A stretch of DNA of 63,764 nt, the filler included, from Choristocarpus tenellus KU-1152 (Eukaryota; Protista; Phaeophyceae): NCBI GenBank assembly GCA_964200185.2. It is 8 parts of 8 records of this genome, joined end to end, with 100 filler letters (N's around TTAATTAATTAA, not from the genome) between each part and the next. Parts side by side here need not be neighbours in the genome. Positions count along the whole stretch, not along the records: positions 29,182 to 37,246 come from CAXNAD020005209.1; positions 37,347 to 42,734 come from CAXNAD020010951.1; positions 42,835 to 47,087 come from CAXNAD020015466.1; 5 more parts are not named here. One strand, written 5' to 3'. Below are positions 32,801 through 47,187 of the stretch, piece after piece; position 1 is the first letter of the stretch, and each line of letters starts with the position of its first letter. Below the pieces are notes generated by a model. It saw only the letters and a program-made list of their open reading frames with translations. It was not told the DNA's origin and searched no databases. Both the position numbers and the translations under genes were made by a program.

Positions 32801-35035
32801 TGTTCTGACTTGTTTTAGGGGAATGTTGAAGAATGAGTGACCCAGGGTGAGTGATAGGTAATGTTTTTTGAAGTAAGGTAATGGGGTTATATGAGTTTGT
32901 AGTGCAAATCAAATGTGTCAGATTGGCTGATGGTGAAATGTGTGTTGAGAGATAACCGTTAATTGTTCTAATTGATGATTTACTTGTTGAACTGCATCTA
33001 CACCCATAAAGTAACTCTAGCTCTTGTTGGAGTAGAAGTGATTACTGTGGAATGTGCTGGGTTTTGTGGTGTGGTGTTGCTGAGGAGCGGGGGAATTGAA
33101 TGGTTTTTGTCATTTGAGTGGGATGATGGCTGGAGGGTTTTTGAAGGGATGCCAAGAATGTACACAGACAGGGGCCTTTCGGTTGCTTTTTGCTCTAAGT
33201 TTTATTAACCACATGCTGAAAGGAACCCTTTCAGCATAGTAAAGCATGTATGTTATTTCTAGTTTTCCTATGCCTCCTTGGCATTGCTTCGATTTTTACA
33301 GCAATGGCAATCAAATAATGCTCATAATATCTTCTCCTTTAGTGACTGTGATAACTGTGTGGTAATAGCCCAGTACAGATAATTGTAGCAGTGGATAGTG
33401 ACTGTTGTGGGAGCTTGATACTTTGTAGGTACAACACATCCCTTGACAATATCACATGCCATGATACATATGATATCTGTGGTATTTATGTATTAGAATT
33501 TGTCACCCCCTTATTAACACATCCACCATTTGTGACTCCCTTGTCTGTGGCAGTACTGGTATCATGTACCCAACAAATGGAGCAAAGGAGTGTTTTGGGA
33601 AGGCCTTGGAAGATCGAGGGCTGACCTTTGATTGTTTCAATTCTTCATCAGAGGGTGCCTACCACCTTGGGGGTGCCTACCGCAGGTGCAGTGCAAGAAT
33701 TGTTTACTACAATAAAAACTGTTTGGCCACCATCCTCACCCTTCACATTTCGGGAATGACATTAGAGTGATTTCTTGGTAGTAGGAACAATCGGTAGCTA
33801 CGTTTAATGTTCTCATCCTGAGTAGTAGTAGTGACACAATAGCTACAGGGTCAGGACTGAGCCATCAAGGTTTGAAAAATCTCGGCGATATTGTTTGTTG
33901 GCTCACCCTTCATGCTCTCCTTAAGGGTGCATCACCTTGGTTGGCACATGTTGTGTTGTGACATGGACTTTATGAGGTTGCCACAGGAGGTTGCAGTGGA
34001 GAATGTTGTGCACTGTACCATAGGGGAAGTGAAGACTTGTTGCCCCTGTGGGAGAGGGGCAGGCCCATTTCAGGTGGGCTGGTATGACTTGACACTAAGG
34101 TTGTGTTTGTTAGTATTTAGGTGAAGTTGGTGCCAACAAGATTTTCTGGGAAGAGTCAATTTTCCTTGACTGGATAACGAGCTCATTGTTGTGGTCAAGT
34201 TTTGTGGTTTCAATCTCATGACTGCAAGTGCCTTGTTCCTTGAACCGCCTACAGGTAAAACCGTTCTGAAACTAGATTTGTTCTGTGGTTTTCAGAGAGG
34301 GAAGATGTAGGAGAGAGTTGCAAGTGTCCATCTTTCTGCCTGTATCAAGAGATATCACTCTTTTGAGTGACTTTTTTTTCCTTTCCTGAAGCTGCTGCTC
34401 TCAAAACCCCTCCTCTCTAACACCAACTCGTTCTTGTGTACACTTGTGGGGTGACCCTTGATCAAAACGCTGGTGGTGATTCCATTGACGCTGGCAGACT
34501 TTTGGTTATCCCACAAGACATGAAATGGGAAATAAAGTGCTACGAAGACAATACCCTGCACCTGATCAACACGGACATTGACACTCTTCTGGACATAGAT
34601 GATGCACGCATTGCAGCAGAGGAAGAGAAGAGCAAGAAGGATCAACATACAAGCAATGTCGATGTTGCCCCCGATGATGGCTCAAGTCAGCCTCCTGTTT
34701 CCACTGCGAATTCTGATGCAGTCGTGGCTATGGATGAGGAGTCAAATGAGCCGGTTTTGAAAGAGGAAGTGCTGGAAAAGGAGCACAATGCAGGGACAAA
34801 ATCGGGGAAGTTCAAGGCACTATGCCTGGAGTTTACACTCCCCACTGCTTCGTATGCCACAATGTGTGTGCGAGAAATTACGAAGCAGACTACTACCTCA
34901 TCATACCACACCAGTCTTAATGACTTGCCTGCAGGGAAACACCCAGGGTCGGCTCCCAATGGGGCCCAGGCTACCCCTGAGAAGAGCAAGGAGCAAAAGG
35001 GAACGGCCATAAAGGTTGGAGCAAGTATCAAATAG
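29824..35035 (+). CDS. PUS7: Pseudouridine synthase PUS7/TruD family, 5' partial
   Basis: Exons 29824-30282, 31656-31819, 32235-32744, 33554-33685 and 34498-35035 in consistent phase. Motifs: LGELSGNRFSIVLR, GFVNYFGLQRFG, MYLHAFQSLLWN, DIVLPMPG, GAYRRL and FTLPTASYATMCVRE. Confidence 0.95.
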
Positions 35036-37730
35036 TTGGAGGGAGCATTCTTGACCATATCAGATCTGACTGAGTACAGAGGCAACATACTTAGTGTGGA
35101 TACAGGGTATTTGTTTTGGGGATTGCATTGTGTTCTTGATCATTTTGTTTTGCTTTTGGAAGTGCAAACTGCCGGATACTGTGGAAGTACTCTAGGCAGA
35201 TTTGAACAGAAGATTACTTTGTTGCCTTTGAGGTTCAAGGAGATCAATGTAGGACTATGGTGAAAATGCGAGAAGAGATGCAGATGTCTGGAGCTAGGCA
35301 CAATTTCATGATAAATGATTGATCGATCAGTTAGACTATGTGGCAAAAATCCAGCAGTTTCGATTGATGAAATGCTCTGTAGTATTGATATTTTACGTAT
35401 CTTTAGTAGTAGTATAGGATTGATTTTTGAGAGAGATTACTTTTGCATTCTATCCCACCTACTTACTGCAAAGACTAGAAGCGTTTTTTAACTACTTACA
35501 GTCCACCAGTATCAAGGGACAGTTCTCTACTGGGGAACCTTGCACCACCTTCCTTGCTCGCTCCACCCAACAGGTGCCCTTGATAGTAATAATTATTGTG
35601 GTTAATGTCACATGTAGGGTAGGTCAGAGTCTTTCTCCATTCCCTGCTTGTACCTACTGCTACCATTTATTTCATACTCCAGAGCATATAATATGGGTGT
35701 ATTATTATTATTTTGGTAGTGTCTTATCTCGCCAGGTATGATCTTTTGAGTTGTTGAGGAAGCATATCATTTCTTGATGGAGTCAAATTGATCGAGATGT
35801 AGACAGGTTTGGACCCTTTTGCATTCTAAGTTGTCGTTCTTACCCTGTACAATATGTTTACAATAGTATACACAAAACTGATATTCCCCCATTCCACGCA
35901 CAAGGTGAAACAACAATCCATCAAAGGCTCTTTCTGCAGTTGGCTCATGCATGTATGTATATATACATATTTACGTTGTGATCGGGATTATTATACTATG
36001 CTGCATGTTAAGGTCGAATGCACAAGACGATGGTTGCATACAGATTAAGAGGGGCTTTCTTGTACACACTCAACAATGCACACGTCTCATCAATCAGTTA
36101 TGGCAGAAAGGTCAGTAATGCAAAGAGGTTGCACCAGTGAGGTAAGGTGCCAATGCGCCGAGCAGCACCATCAATCTGTCGGGTATGTTTTCAACCAATA
36201 AATTCATTGGTGTTATATTGATACCTACAAAATTGATTTAAGAATCAGCCTCGAATGGATGCAAGAGAGAGGAGGGACACTCCAGAAGAGTATTGTAGAT
36301 CCATGGTGGTGGTGGTTACACCTCATCTTTCGTAAGAGCTGTTGATAGAAAAACTCTTTGCCATCCTTGTTCTACCTCATATTTTGGGGCTAGATAGTAA
36401 GCCGTACGCATTTCTTGAGAAAAAATGTGCACCATATACGATTTTAGCAGAGAATGGAAACAACAGCCAAAATTGACTGGGATAAAGTGTCGATGTGTTT
36501 GGNNNNNNNNNNGGTCAAGCCCATCCTCAATGAAAAGCTCCATCCTCAATTTTTGAAATCGGCTGTTAGTAGTAGTTAAGTGAGTCCACAGGGTGCACCC
36601 TGGTGTATGGTAGAGGTAATGTAAACCTTGACCTAGAACTAATGGCAAGGAATTCAATGCATAGTGCAAGAAGACAGTTTTCTGAGTTAAGAGAGTCAAA
36701 CAATGCCTCATGTAAGGAGGTACCCTATCTTAGGTGATAACGCCTTTGATTGTTCGGGGTCCCTGTCCTTTTCTGATGGTACATAAATGAGCTTCCAGCA
36801 CTATGGAGGGCAATTTCGCGCCTATACTATGTAGACAAAAGTACGTCTTCTCATATACAGCCACAGTCTCGGAAGGGGGTTGACTGCATTCAAGGCTTAG
36901 AAATAGGGTGTCAGACAAAAGGCACTAGAAAAGAACTCTAAATATTCAAAATGTCTTGATTTGACCCCCCTCAAACGGGACTCAAACAGACGGAGGAAAT
37001 GCAATATTGATACAATTATCGAAGGTGGCAAGGAACAAACTCCACAAAGATTTCAAGAGAACTTGGAATACTTTTATTGTATCACTACTGCTCCATCATC
37101 GGCAGGAGTTAAATAGCCACAAGCATCCGAGTGAGTTCCAATTTCCCTTCCCATGATGCAACACGCACAATCGGACCTGCGCTTTGTACCCTTTTCAAGC
37201 ATATATATGCACACAACAGGGGATTCGCAAAATTGAGGATGGAGCGNNNNNNNNNNNNNNNNNNNNNNNNNNNNNNNNNNNNNNNNNNNNTTAATTAATT
37301 AANNNNNNNNNNNNNNNNNNNNNNNNNNNNNNNNNNNNNNNNNNNNGAGGGGAAGAGAGCGGGGGAAGCAACGCCACGCACACACTTGAGTAAACGAGAA
37401 AGGACACAATTCTTCTAGAGCCATCTCGTGTGGTGGTTTAAATAATATTTCTATTAGACGATGCAAGGCCACCACATAAAACTCTCATTCTCACCGTGCG
37501 CCAGGTTGTATTTTAACAAACCCCAAATGCACACAAAAAAGCAACATATTTTTAAGGTTGGGCCTAAGTGCCTTGAAGGGAAAAACTGCCTGCTGAAGCT
37601 TGAAGTTCATGTTTCTGTTTCAACTCTTCAGGGAGAAGAAGGGTCTCTGATTGAAGGCGGCTTGTCGGTGCTATTCCGGTGCGAAAAGTTAAAACATTTG
37701 CACTGGCTCAATTTATATACATGCCTTGAA

Positions 37731-39379
37731 TCATCTGTCTCCACATGTCAAGGGATAAATAAGTATGTAGCTCAGGTGACTCTGTTCAAGCCAGGTACTC
37801 TTGTTACTCCAACCACCTAAGCGCCACCTGTGCTGTGCATAAAAAAATACATGAACTCAAGCACCAAAAAGGGATCGAAGTGACCATACCCGACAAAAGC
37901 CTTCCAATGCGATTATACGCATGAAATGAGATGCAACTAGTTGAAAAAAAAAATAAATATATATATATATATATGCCAATGCAAACTACTCATCACCCCA
38001 ATCAAAAACCATCCAGGTCCAGCCAGCCTTGCCCACACATAAAGTACTCATCCTTCTCGTGTCAGTGTATGTATGAACTCAAATACTACATACCCTCAAC
38101 ATTCCAACCAACTCTTCCGGGCTCCAGCCTTGTTCAAGAAAACACTACATGCATTACTACTCTGTACCAAGTATGATAAAGTCTATAGCGTTTGATTGTA
38201 CGAAAGCATCCACCAGAACACTTTGCCATTGAAGGACCCACCTCTAGGGTAGCAACAGTGATCTGAAAGCCCTAGTGATTTGGCGGAGATGCAAAAAATA
38301 GCAAACAAAGCTAACATTTTCTTGTTCAAGTGTTATGAATAGCTCTACATGGATGTAAGTATAGAGTGTACATATGCCAATACAATCTAGCTAGCTACCC
38401 ACCTTCAGCTCGAGGTGATAGTCATACCACCCTTCCTTCCATGTTCTTGCCACTGGCCTAGCTGCCACATTGTTATCGGAGATACTGCCTATCAGCTTTA
38501 CAGAGTCAACATCTTGGTCTTTCACCAGGAACCTACAATAAAGTAGGCCATTAGGAAAAAAATGAATGCAAACCAGAGCAGAACTAGGGTTTGTTCCCTA
38601 GTGCAGGTGGTAGGAGATGAGGGTATAACTTGTAGCATCAGGAAGACGCTACAGTGTTGTTCATCTTGACCCATCCAATTTTTCCATTTCATGCTTTGAT
38701 CATATTCCACACTGTACTACTCAGCATAAAGCTCAATGAAAGGATAGATAGTATCCACAAAAGAGGGGTGTGTGTGAGTATCAAGTGGACATGGGATAAA
38801 ACAGGGTTTTGGTGGACTCATGATCTTGGGGAAATACTTACCTGCTGTTAACCAGTGCAGCAAGATGCACTAAAGAGGCAACCCCACAAAACCTGTAAGA
38901 TAAAAGTCTCTGCATTCATCCAAGGCAAGTCTAACAGGTAAATAATGGTTATTGTGTACACAAAAGAAAACAAGAGCAATCTCATTACCTTCCCCCCTGC
39001 CCGTCAAATAACAAGGTACAGATGTATCCATTGTTGAGGTCAAATTATACTACACTACAGAAAAATATCACAGCCTCACCTCCCTGCCCCCTTACACAGT
39101 CACCCCCCCCACCTAACCAACTCTGATTACGCACCCTGCAGTCACCAAACCCACAATCAGTAGTGCAGATGCCAGCAAGGCGTAACTGACCCAGGGTCGC
39201 ACACATTTTCCCCTCCCCCTCTGCCAACGATGACCATCCTCCTTCCCCTGTTGAGGCCTCTGCCCTAGTTCTTCCATATCATCTCCCAGACTGGAACTTG
39301 AAATGCACTCCAAAGAGCCGCTGCCTGGCCTTCTTGTCAACCCAATATCTGAATTTTGAGAGTTCGGTAGTGTATCCAT
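37731..39379 (-). CDS. Unknown membrane protein, ~205 aa; 5 exons
   Basis: Exons 39379-39135, 38892-38842, 38532-38403, 38262-38168 and 37827-37731 splice in phase with GT-AG introns. Hydrophobic segment WVSYALLASALLIVGLVTAGFCGVASLVHLAALV. Start codon uncertain. Confidence 0.55.
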
Positions 39380-40958
39380 ATCATGTGTTTCGTGCTCGGT
39401 CTGCTGTACCAACTCCCAATATCCTGGCTGCAGTTAAACTGCAGCTGAGACCATCTGTATCTATGATTTGGGGCGCAGGTTCAATCCGCCAGAGGAGGTC
39501 CTATCTCTACTCTTTTTTCTCCCTTGGCTCAAGAGCTTTGGGGAGAAAAAAAAGTTGGGGGATAGTCGGTGGTTAGACTGGGGTTGAGGATGAGGAAGAT
39601 GGGGGTCATTGAAGGGAAGATATGGAAAAGCAAAGAATGCAAGTGAAGAGAGAGAGAGAAATGATTAGGCGATACAAGGATAAACAGTGATGTGTAACAC
39701 AATCTTGCGGTTTTGACTTTATCGTATACTGCGGATTACCTACTGTCCATGATTACAATTCTCGCCAGAGGAAAGTCTAGTGCATTCATGCCCCCAGTGT
39801 CTCATTCCAGCAAAGGCAACAATGATGTGTCGCCCTTGATAAACTTCAGGTGAAACATGAACATCGCACGTAAATTGTCTTCTGTGTCTAGCCTTGCAAT
39901 GAATCTCGCCAAGTGAATGACTTGACTTCAATATTCCTTCTCTGGTAAGTCTTTCCAGCACAATAGGTTCTCAACCTTACGAATGTTTCATCAGTACACG
40001 CTCTCCGGCTTTACAAATAACATCCTTAGATTACATTTGCCAGCTATCAAGCTAGTATCTATCACTCCACACATTGTTCAACGCGCGACGAATCCCGAAT
40101 GAAGGTGTGTCCGCAGCATTGAAGCAAGATCCACGAATCCACCGCCACAAATTTTCTGCATCAAGAGCTTCAGCTGCCCCCTTACCTCTAAATTACCCCT
40201 CTTTTCCTCTCGGACGGTTAGGCTCACAACAAGACCGATGGTTCGAGATGATGAGGTGTGGTGTAATGTTACCACTTTCAAATCCACCCTCGACTTCACC
40301 AAGTCGGAAATCAGAACTAACCTTGCGACCACTCCCCACTTTCCAATCGCCACAAATTGCAACACTGGAGAGAGCCGGGTCACCCTAGAGCTTCCCAGGA
40401 ACCTACTGAAGTATCCTTGAGTGAAGCAAACTTAAATTCCGTTGATACTGACTACTGTATGTATAGTAGTAGCAGTAGAACTGAGGAAATGCTTGGAACT
40501 CTTAACGATGAGTCTTTGTTTTCAAAATATACATGTGATACAGTTAAGAAATGTTCAATAAATATCACAAGATTGGCTGCATAAATGCCTTCCAGGTAAC
40601 AGTACAAAGTCGTTGATCACAAGAGGCAGTATCTACATCATCACAACACAAACGTTGTCTCATCTCCCATCCACTACTGGTGTGAGTTTGTGTTGTCTTT
40701 GCTGTTTCATTCACAATATCCTGGCACCTCGTCGTGGGGGAACGGGTGCGCGTATTTCTCCCCAGACAACGATAGGGCAGGGGGAGGTTGGGAGGATTCC
40801 GTCCCAATCGAAGAAAAGATACAGAACACGTCTCTCGAGAAGGATCGGGAATTGTGAAAGCCAGGAAGACGGGTGGAAAGGGTTGGAAGGTGGAGCGGGG
40901 ATTTTAATGTTGGTTGTATTGTCACTGTGAGAAGCCTCTTTCATAAACAGGAGGCACA

Positions 40959-42734
40959 ATGAGGACAGCACGACCATCTAGGGGGTGGGATCGCTTCCGC
41001 CAACAGCGAAGTCGTCATTGCTGTGGTGGGGGCAGGGTAGCGGCCTTCATGGCTGGGGCCATAGCGATGATGCTCCTTTGGTCGCAGCTCCACCTTTATA
41101 TCCATCAACCCAGTGTTGATACGGTCGACATATACAAGGATCTAAGCTTGAGAAATGGAGATGCATCGATGTGAGTGACCTATTTTTCTATCATTACATG
41201 GGTAAACAGATATTGGAGTCGGGGAGGTGGCCATGTTTTGTGGACCAACTTTCACTTCCCTGTGTAGGCTTAGGACTACACGGCAGAGACGGTTGATCTC
41301 ATCAAATGGACATTACTCATTACTCTCCCGAGTCGGTATACGATCGAGGGAGTTGGGCAGAGCCGCAGCTCACCGCTCAGGCTTGCAATATATGTGACTT
41401 TCCTAAGCAGCTGATGTTGCAAGCAAGAGCTAGTGGTATTTTGTGGATTTCCGTGTCAGTTGAGAGCTCGAATGCATTGGGTCAGGGACAGAAAAGATGA
41501 TGAAATTCAGGCGAACCACAGGAAACCTATTGATTCCTTAAGACGAGGAAATTGGATATAAAAAATCTTTTGCATGATTTTTTTAATGCTCCAAACAGTC
41601 TTGAAACACATGGATATTTTTGTACGTGGGTCCTTGTTTCTCATCCCCCCTTCCCCGTCCTCCCCCCTCCACTCCCAACAATTATTCTGTGTGCGAAAGG
41701 AGTTATGCCAAGATTTATAATAATATCATTGAGAAATAGTGGACTCGATGTAAAAAGCAGCTTTTAGGCTAATGTATTTACCCAAGTACCTATATCTAAC
41801 TGTTAATGTAATGCATCCCCTCTGCAACGTTCCCTGCCACATCAAGATCAGAATCCGAATGCTCTCTTTAGTAGAGTTTGGTTGAGGTGTTGATATGTAG
41901 TACTCTATACAATATGACCTACTCCGCACACTAGCCCTATCCCAACACAATGCAGGGTGGTGGAAAGCCGATCCTGTGTGCAAAAATTGAGTTGTTAGGC
42001 AGTGGAAGGCGTAGGAAAATGCGTGCAAGGTAGATACGATGATGTCTTGCACACGGTCCACTGTAAATAGTTTTAATATTGTATCCTCTTCAAATGAGGA
42101 ATGCATCCCTCATTGCATATATAAGCATGTGCGTGTGTGTGTGTGTATCCTAGCACTTCGCTGGAGTAAATGGATTGATATTACCCTCAAATGTCATCTT
42201 TCAGAGCTTTTCTTGCAGGTATCTTGCTTGGTGTAAGGATGTATGCTATCAATATTGCAAAATTTAAGGTGTACATTGTAAAAACACCCACAAAGTAATT
42301 TTCATTTTTTTGTGTCCAAACACTACCATCATCGTCATCAATGCAATGTATGCATGGCATCTGTACTCGAACCTTAACATTCCACAAGATTGGACTTTAT
42401 TGTGTAGGTGTTACCAACACTCAACTCCCTAAATCACAATGCTTCTGTCACCCACCTCACCTACCCCGCAACCCTCACTCTGCCATCTATCCTGGACCGT
42501 ATATCCTGGCAGGAAGAAGGAGCTACAAGATCGAATCCAAGTGCTGGAGGCACAAGTAGCTGAGGTGAATGCTGCCTTGTCTTCTTGGCAATCTCAACAG
42601 AGAGGTGAGCAAGGAGAAGCGGCAAGACAAGAAGTAGGAACTGGGAAAGAAGGTACTGGAGCAGATGTGAGAGAGGAACGGGGGGGGGGGTTGCGGGGAC
42701 AAATAAAGGCTGGTTCAGCAATAGGAAGGGGGGG
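40959..42734 (+). CDS. Putative type II membrane protein (basic tail, single TM, coiled-coil stem), 3' truncated
   Basis: Exon 40959-~41170 (MRTARPSR...VAAFMAGAIAMMLLWSQLHL) ends at GTGAG; probable exon from ~41268; exon ~42513-42734 reads KKELQDRIQVLEAQVAEVNAAL. The architecture is typical of Golgi enzymes, but no catalytic domain is seen. Confidence 0.5.
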
Positions 42735-42834
42735 NNNNNNNNNNNNNNNNNNNNNNNNNNNNNNNNNNNNNNNNNNNNTTAATTAATTAANNNNNNNNNN
42801 NNNNNNNNNNNNNNNNNNNNNNNNNNNNNNNNNN

Positions 42835-42940
42835 TTCCATACGTTGGATGGAAAATGAAAGTGCACTTTTCCTGGTTTTTTCCAAAGGAACCCTCTGGTG
42901 TAGACCCCCCCCCCCCCTCCCCCCCCAGATACTTTGGGTC
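42835..42940 (-). mobile_element. MITE family B, partial at contig start
   Basis: Reverse complement reads GACCCAAAGTATCT-polyG-TCTACACCAG...AGTGCACTT, matching the 13049 copy. Confidence 0.75.
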
Positions 42941-44271
42941 AATTGAGTGGTAGGCAGGGTTGCATTTTAAAGATCTCGAGAGAGGGCAAAAATCGCCTAT
43001 TTTGTACAATTCCAGAAAGAGTCTTTGCCTAATTGCACTACCACTACGTTGTGTACGGAAAGGGGGGATGTTAATTTGACCGTACATTATTGTGCACACC
43101 TAGCAATGAAGTGAAGTGTTTTGCACAGGGTAAGAAAGATGGCTTGGAATGCAAAAGGGTTCAAACCTGCTAACCTCTACCTCTCAATTTGTTTGACTCG
43201 TTTATATGAAGTGGAGAGAAATATCGGTCTTGTCCCCACACCCCACATAATCAGGGGAAAACTAACCCTAACCCTAACCCGTGTCCTAAATGAACAGTGC
43301 TAAAAAATATTACTGCTTGAAAGGATAGCTTTATGGAGGAAGCGGGCCATTCCATGGAGTGTAATTGAGCAAATGGAACCAAACGCTGTTCTGGACAGTG
43401 GACATTAGGGAGGAAATGTACTCGAATGTTCACTGGATAACAGACGTCATAGAGTAGAGGGCACTGAACATTGCCCCAACAACTTACTACGTTTTGTGCA
43501 AGCCTTGTGATAGAGAAAAGACACTACCGAGCAAATGGACTCAGGTGTTACATACATGGAAATGGACATACCAACAGACTAGCCTCAGAATTTTGGTCTT
43601 ATATAATAGAGGCTAGAGACAAGACATCCCAGGCATTGTTGTCCTGCATTGTCGACAATATAGGGCGAGTGTGGCTAATTGACACAATGCAGAAATGCAA
43701 AGAAATGAACAGACAAGAAAATATAGTGAGCTTTTACAAGAAACTCTTGTTGGTATAGAACTCTATTTGAAGGACTTACCTGTAAGTAGTTGTGTGTTTT
43801 GTCATTTTTCTTACCTTACATGTTTCCTACCATTATTCTCTCCATGCCAAGAGCTGCAAATGTCAGTTGGGGATGATAACGGAGAAAAGTGTAAGAGAAT
43901 GTAAAAATCCAAGAAAAGTCTAAAGACAACGTGATACTATTAATAGAATAGACATGTTATCATGGAAAAGGAAATAACCTGCACTGCCTAACCTGTGATT
44001 AGGAAGGCAACTTTATCACACGCAGCAGTGTGACAGTGTGAAACTATTGTTGTACCATTGTTGTCAGCCACAAGGGGTCACATTTGCTTAGAACCGGATG
44101 CACCTGTGTGACACCCCTGTCCACAACATTTGCAGTACTATAGAGAGTTATTCATTTAAGTCATTATATTTATGTGTATCTATCTTTCTTTGCTTGGTCT
44201 GTATTCTTCTGAGAACACTACTAAAGTACATGGAGCATGAAGTATATATAGGACTGTAACCAAGGTAGTAG

Positions 44272-44381
44272 ATGTGCATCGGTGCATGCGTCAGATAGAT
44301 AATGTAAGTGCACTTTGCCTAGTCAGGGTCCGAATGGACACCCTGGTATAGACGCCCTCCCCCCCCATATACTCTGAGCCA
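44272..44381 (-). mobile_element. MITE family B, partial
   Basis: Reverse complement aligns with 13049-13160 over ~110 nt. Confidence 0.7.
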
Positions 44382-45230
44382 AATGAGGAGGTTACCTGGG
44401 AGAGAAGGCACGAGGTACCTACAAAGAAGAAGGCAACAACCTAGTAAGTGAGGGAACAGTGCCAGAAGAGTATATTGTACTGTATGCAGGTGAAGTGATA
44501 ATGTTGTTATGCAGCCAATGAGGATGGTACTGTGTATGTTTTCTCTCAACTCAGGTATTACCATCGTAGAGGTTAGTCTCGGGAAATTGTTCCCCTGTCT
44601 TTTTGTAGCTAAGAACACGGGTCAATAAATGAACAGTGCAATCAGTAAGGCTACTAATAACTGATCTGACATATCATAATGTTGGCAGTACCGTCCATAG
44701 TGGCATACGTACCTTGCAATTTCAAAGCTGTATTCATATAAATAATAATAGTTACAAATCGAAAAAAAAATTGGCTAGTGCAAAGTACACCCCTGGGAGT
44801 CTTCTTTGACCAAAAAAGTATTAAACTGGTGACAATAGGAAAATGAAAAATCTCTTGCTTTTGTCTAGTTTTGCCTGATCTAGGAACAGTCGATAACAAC
44901 GACCAAGTTTACATCCCCTGCCTTTCCTAAGACTTCATCCCTGAAAAAATACATACCTCACTGGAGAGTCTGCAGCACTGTCCAGGACTACTATATACTT
45001 GCACATATTGCAAGGACAAGAGAGACAATCCTCTTGTGGCTTAAAAGACTACTGGTTTGTTTCACCCTGTGAGGCATCAAGCATAGCACACACGAGCCTA
45101 CAAGTCCCAAAATGTCCCAGCGATATGCCTTGGAGCATCTCCTCAACAAACCCACTGAAGCTTACAATACAAGCTAAAAAACATGTGTTCATCAAGTGCT
45201 CTAAGGTATAAGCGATACCTCATACTGGAC

Positions 45231-47004
45231 TCATTTCCCTATGCAGAAATCACGGAAGATAACATCTAGCAGCTCTTCAACCCCCACTGCCCCTGTTATC
45301 CGACCGAGTTCGCTGCTGGCAATGCGCAATTCCTCTGCTGCGAGATCCATTGGCAGGGACGGATTCCCTGCTGCTCGCAAGGCCTTCAAACACCCTTCCA
45401 CATGCTCCCTGTGCCTTCGCCTGCAGGAAAAAGCATGTGCATTGGACACATTTGTACATAATACAGTTAGGTCTGTTCTGAGTGACAGAAATGTACTGAC
45501 CTTTATCTACACACACGAATGTAGCTGCTGTTGAACCCAATACATTCAATTTTGTCGGACAAATATAACAAAAAGAAAAAGAGATACAGTCATATCAAGG
45601 AAAGAGAACCAATGAGCAGAGCCTGCCCAGCCACAAAGCATGTTTACCTCATGTTGCCCCATCACCACACAGGAACTCCTCAGTGATTGATCATACCTTT
45701 TTCCCCCGTCCCCAGCTGCCTGTCTTCACAGCGATGTATTCTCGAGCCCAACTGCTATGTTCAACAGGTTAGCTTGCGTAACTTCTCTCTATTACTCAAG
45801 AGAACACTAACTACTACAGTTTCTTCTCACAGAAACACCAGCAGCATGACACCGAAAGCCAGCCAGGGTGTAGCGCAATACCAAGCACACCACCATACAA
45901 CCACCAATAACTCCTCCCCACAACATACCGCCTGACCAAAGCCCAATGAAATTTCACACCTGCAAAGAAAAAAAGAAAAAACTACCGGAAGCACAATATA
46001 GCCGGTGAAGAGGATTGATGCATTAAGAGACACGAGACACATTGCAGTGCTCTCTACGATTCAAAACAATAGCATATTCATCCACACCCTTGCTTCCTCC
46101 CGAAGTACATCTCACCCCCCCCAAAACCATCCAACCTTACCTAGTAATAAGAGGTGACTCATCATCTGCTGTGCTCTGAAAACGTGATTGTACTTCTGCT
46201 TCAAGGTGCCCCACGAATTCTTCCAAACCTTCCCTTGTCTTGCACGATAGTCTCCACATTTTTTCCCGTCCTCCCTCCACCCCCACCCCCCATCTACTCC
46301 GTCTGGCAGCAGCATGTCCGTCGTCTCCCTCCTCAGCACTCCCCCCTTTCCCCACCAGCAGGTCAGCCTTATTGGCCACAACAATCACGTCTGTCGCCAT
46401 CCGCGGAGAGGAAGACAGAACTCCTGTCCCAGACAAAACCCCAACATTATTGTTCATCCCATGGAACATACAACATAAGGAAGTATGTCACATATTATGC
46501 ACATCCAAATCACACATGTATGCAACACATACTCAAAGGGGACACGGAGATATGATACATATGCACGAATACAGACAGGGGAGTCAATTCACGTCAAGAA
46601 GACAAAGGTTGGAGATTCTACAAGTCTCCCCTTGATTAAGCGCCGTAGGATTGAATCCAGGTTACTCAGAGATAAATCATCGACTTCACAGGTCTCCAAA
46701 GGGGGTATGCGGACTCAAGGAGAGAGAAACGCCAGAAATCCAAAATATCTTGGGGGAGGAGGGAGGGGGAGAATAATAAGAAAACTTCGTCTCACCATCA
46801 CCCTCTTCTCTTGTGCTGACGTCACAATCAGTACCAGCCTCTTCCCGGACCTGCTCAAGTAGGTCCAACGCATCATCACCATTGGGATCAGTGCTATCCA
46901 TCACGAATATGGCTAGGTGGGCATCAGACAACACCCCCCGGGCACGACGCATGCCCTCCCTCTCAATCTCATCCTCTGTGGACTCTCGAAGTCCTGCTGT
47001 GTCA
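45231..47004 (-). CDS. mnmE: tRNA modification GTPase MnmE/TrmE (GTPBP3/MSS1 family), 5' partial
   Basis: Exons 47004-46796, 46423-46141 and 45420-45231. Motifs: DTAGLRE (G3), [16 protein letters not shown] (G4), LSCKTREGL (G5) and the C-terminal DLAAEELR...[15 protein letters not shown]. Confidence 0.96.
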
Positions 47005-47187
47005 CTGCATTCAGGACAGCAAGGAGAGGGAAATAAGGAGAGGGGGGGGGTGGAGAAGGGGGCACATCTAACATGCTGACAAGTTGCNNNNNNNNNNNNN
47101 NNNNNNNNNNNNNNNNNNNNNNNNNNNNNNNTTAATTAATTAANNNNNNNNNNNNNNNNNNNNNNNNNNNNNNNNNNNNNNNNNNNN

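Noticed and set aside
44324-44445. Exon-like segment HPGIDALPPIYSEPNEEVTWERRHE
   Set aside because: Its first half is a MITE family B terminus, and there are no partner exons I can support.
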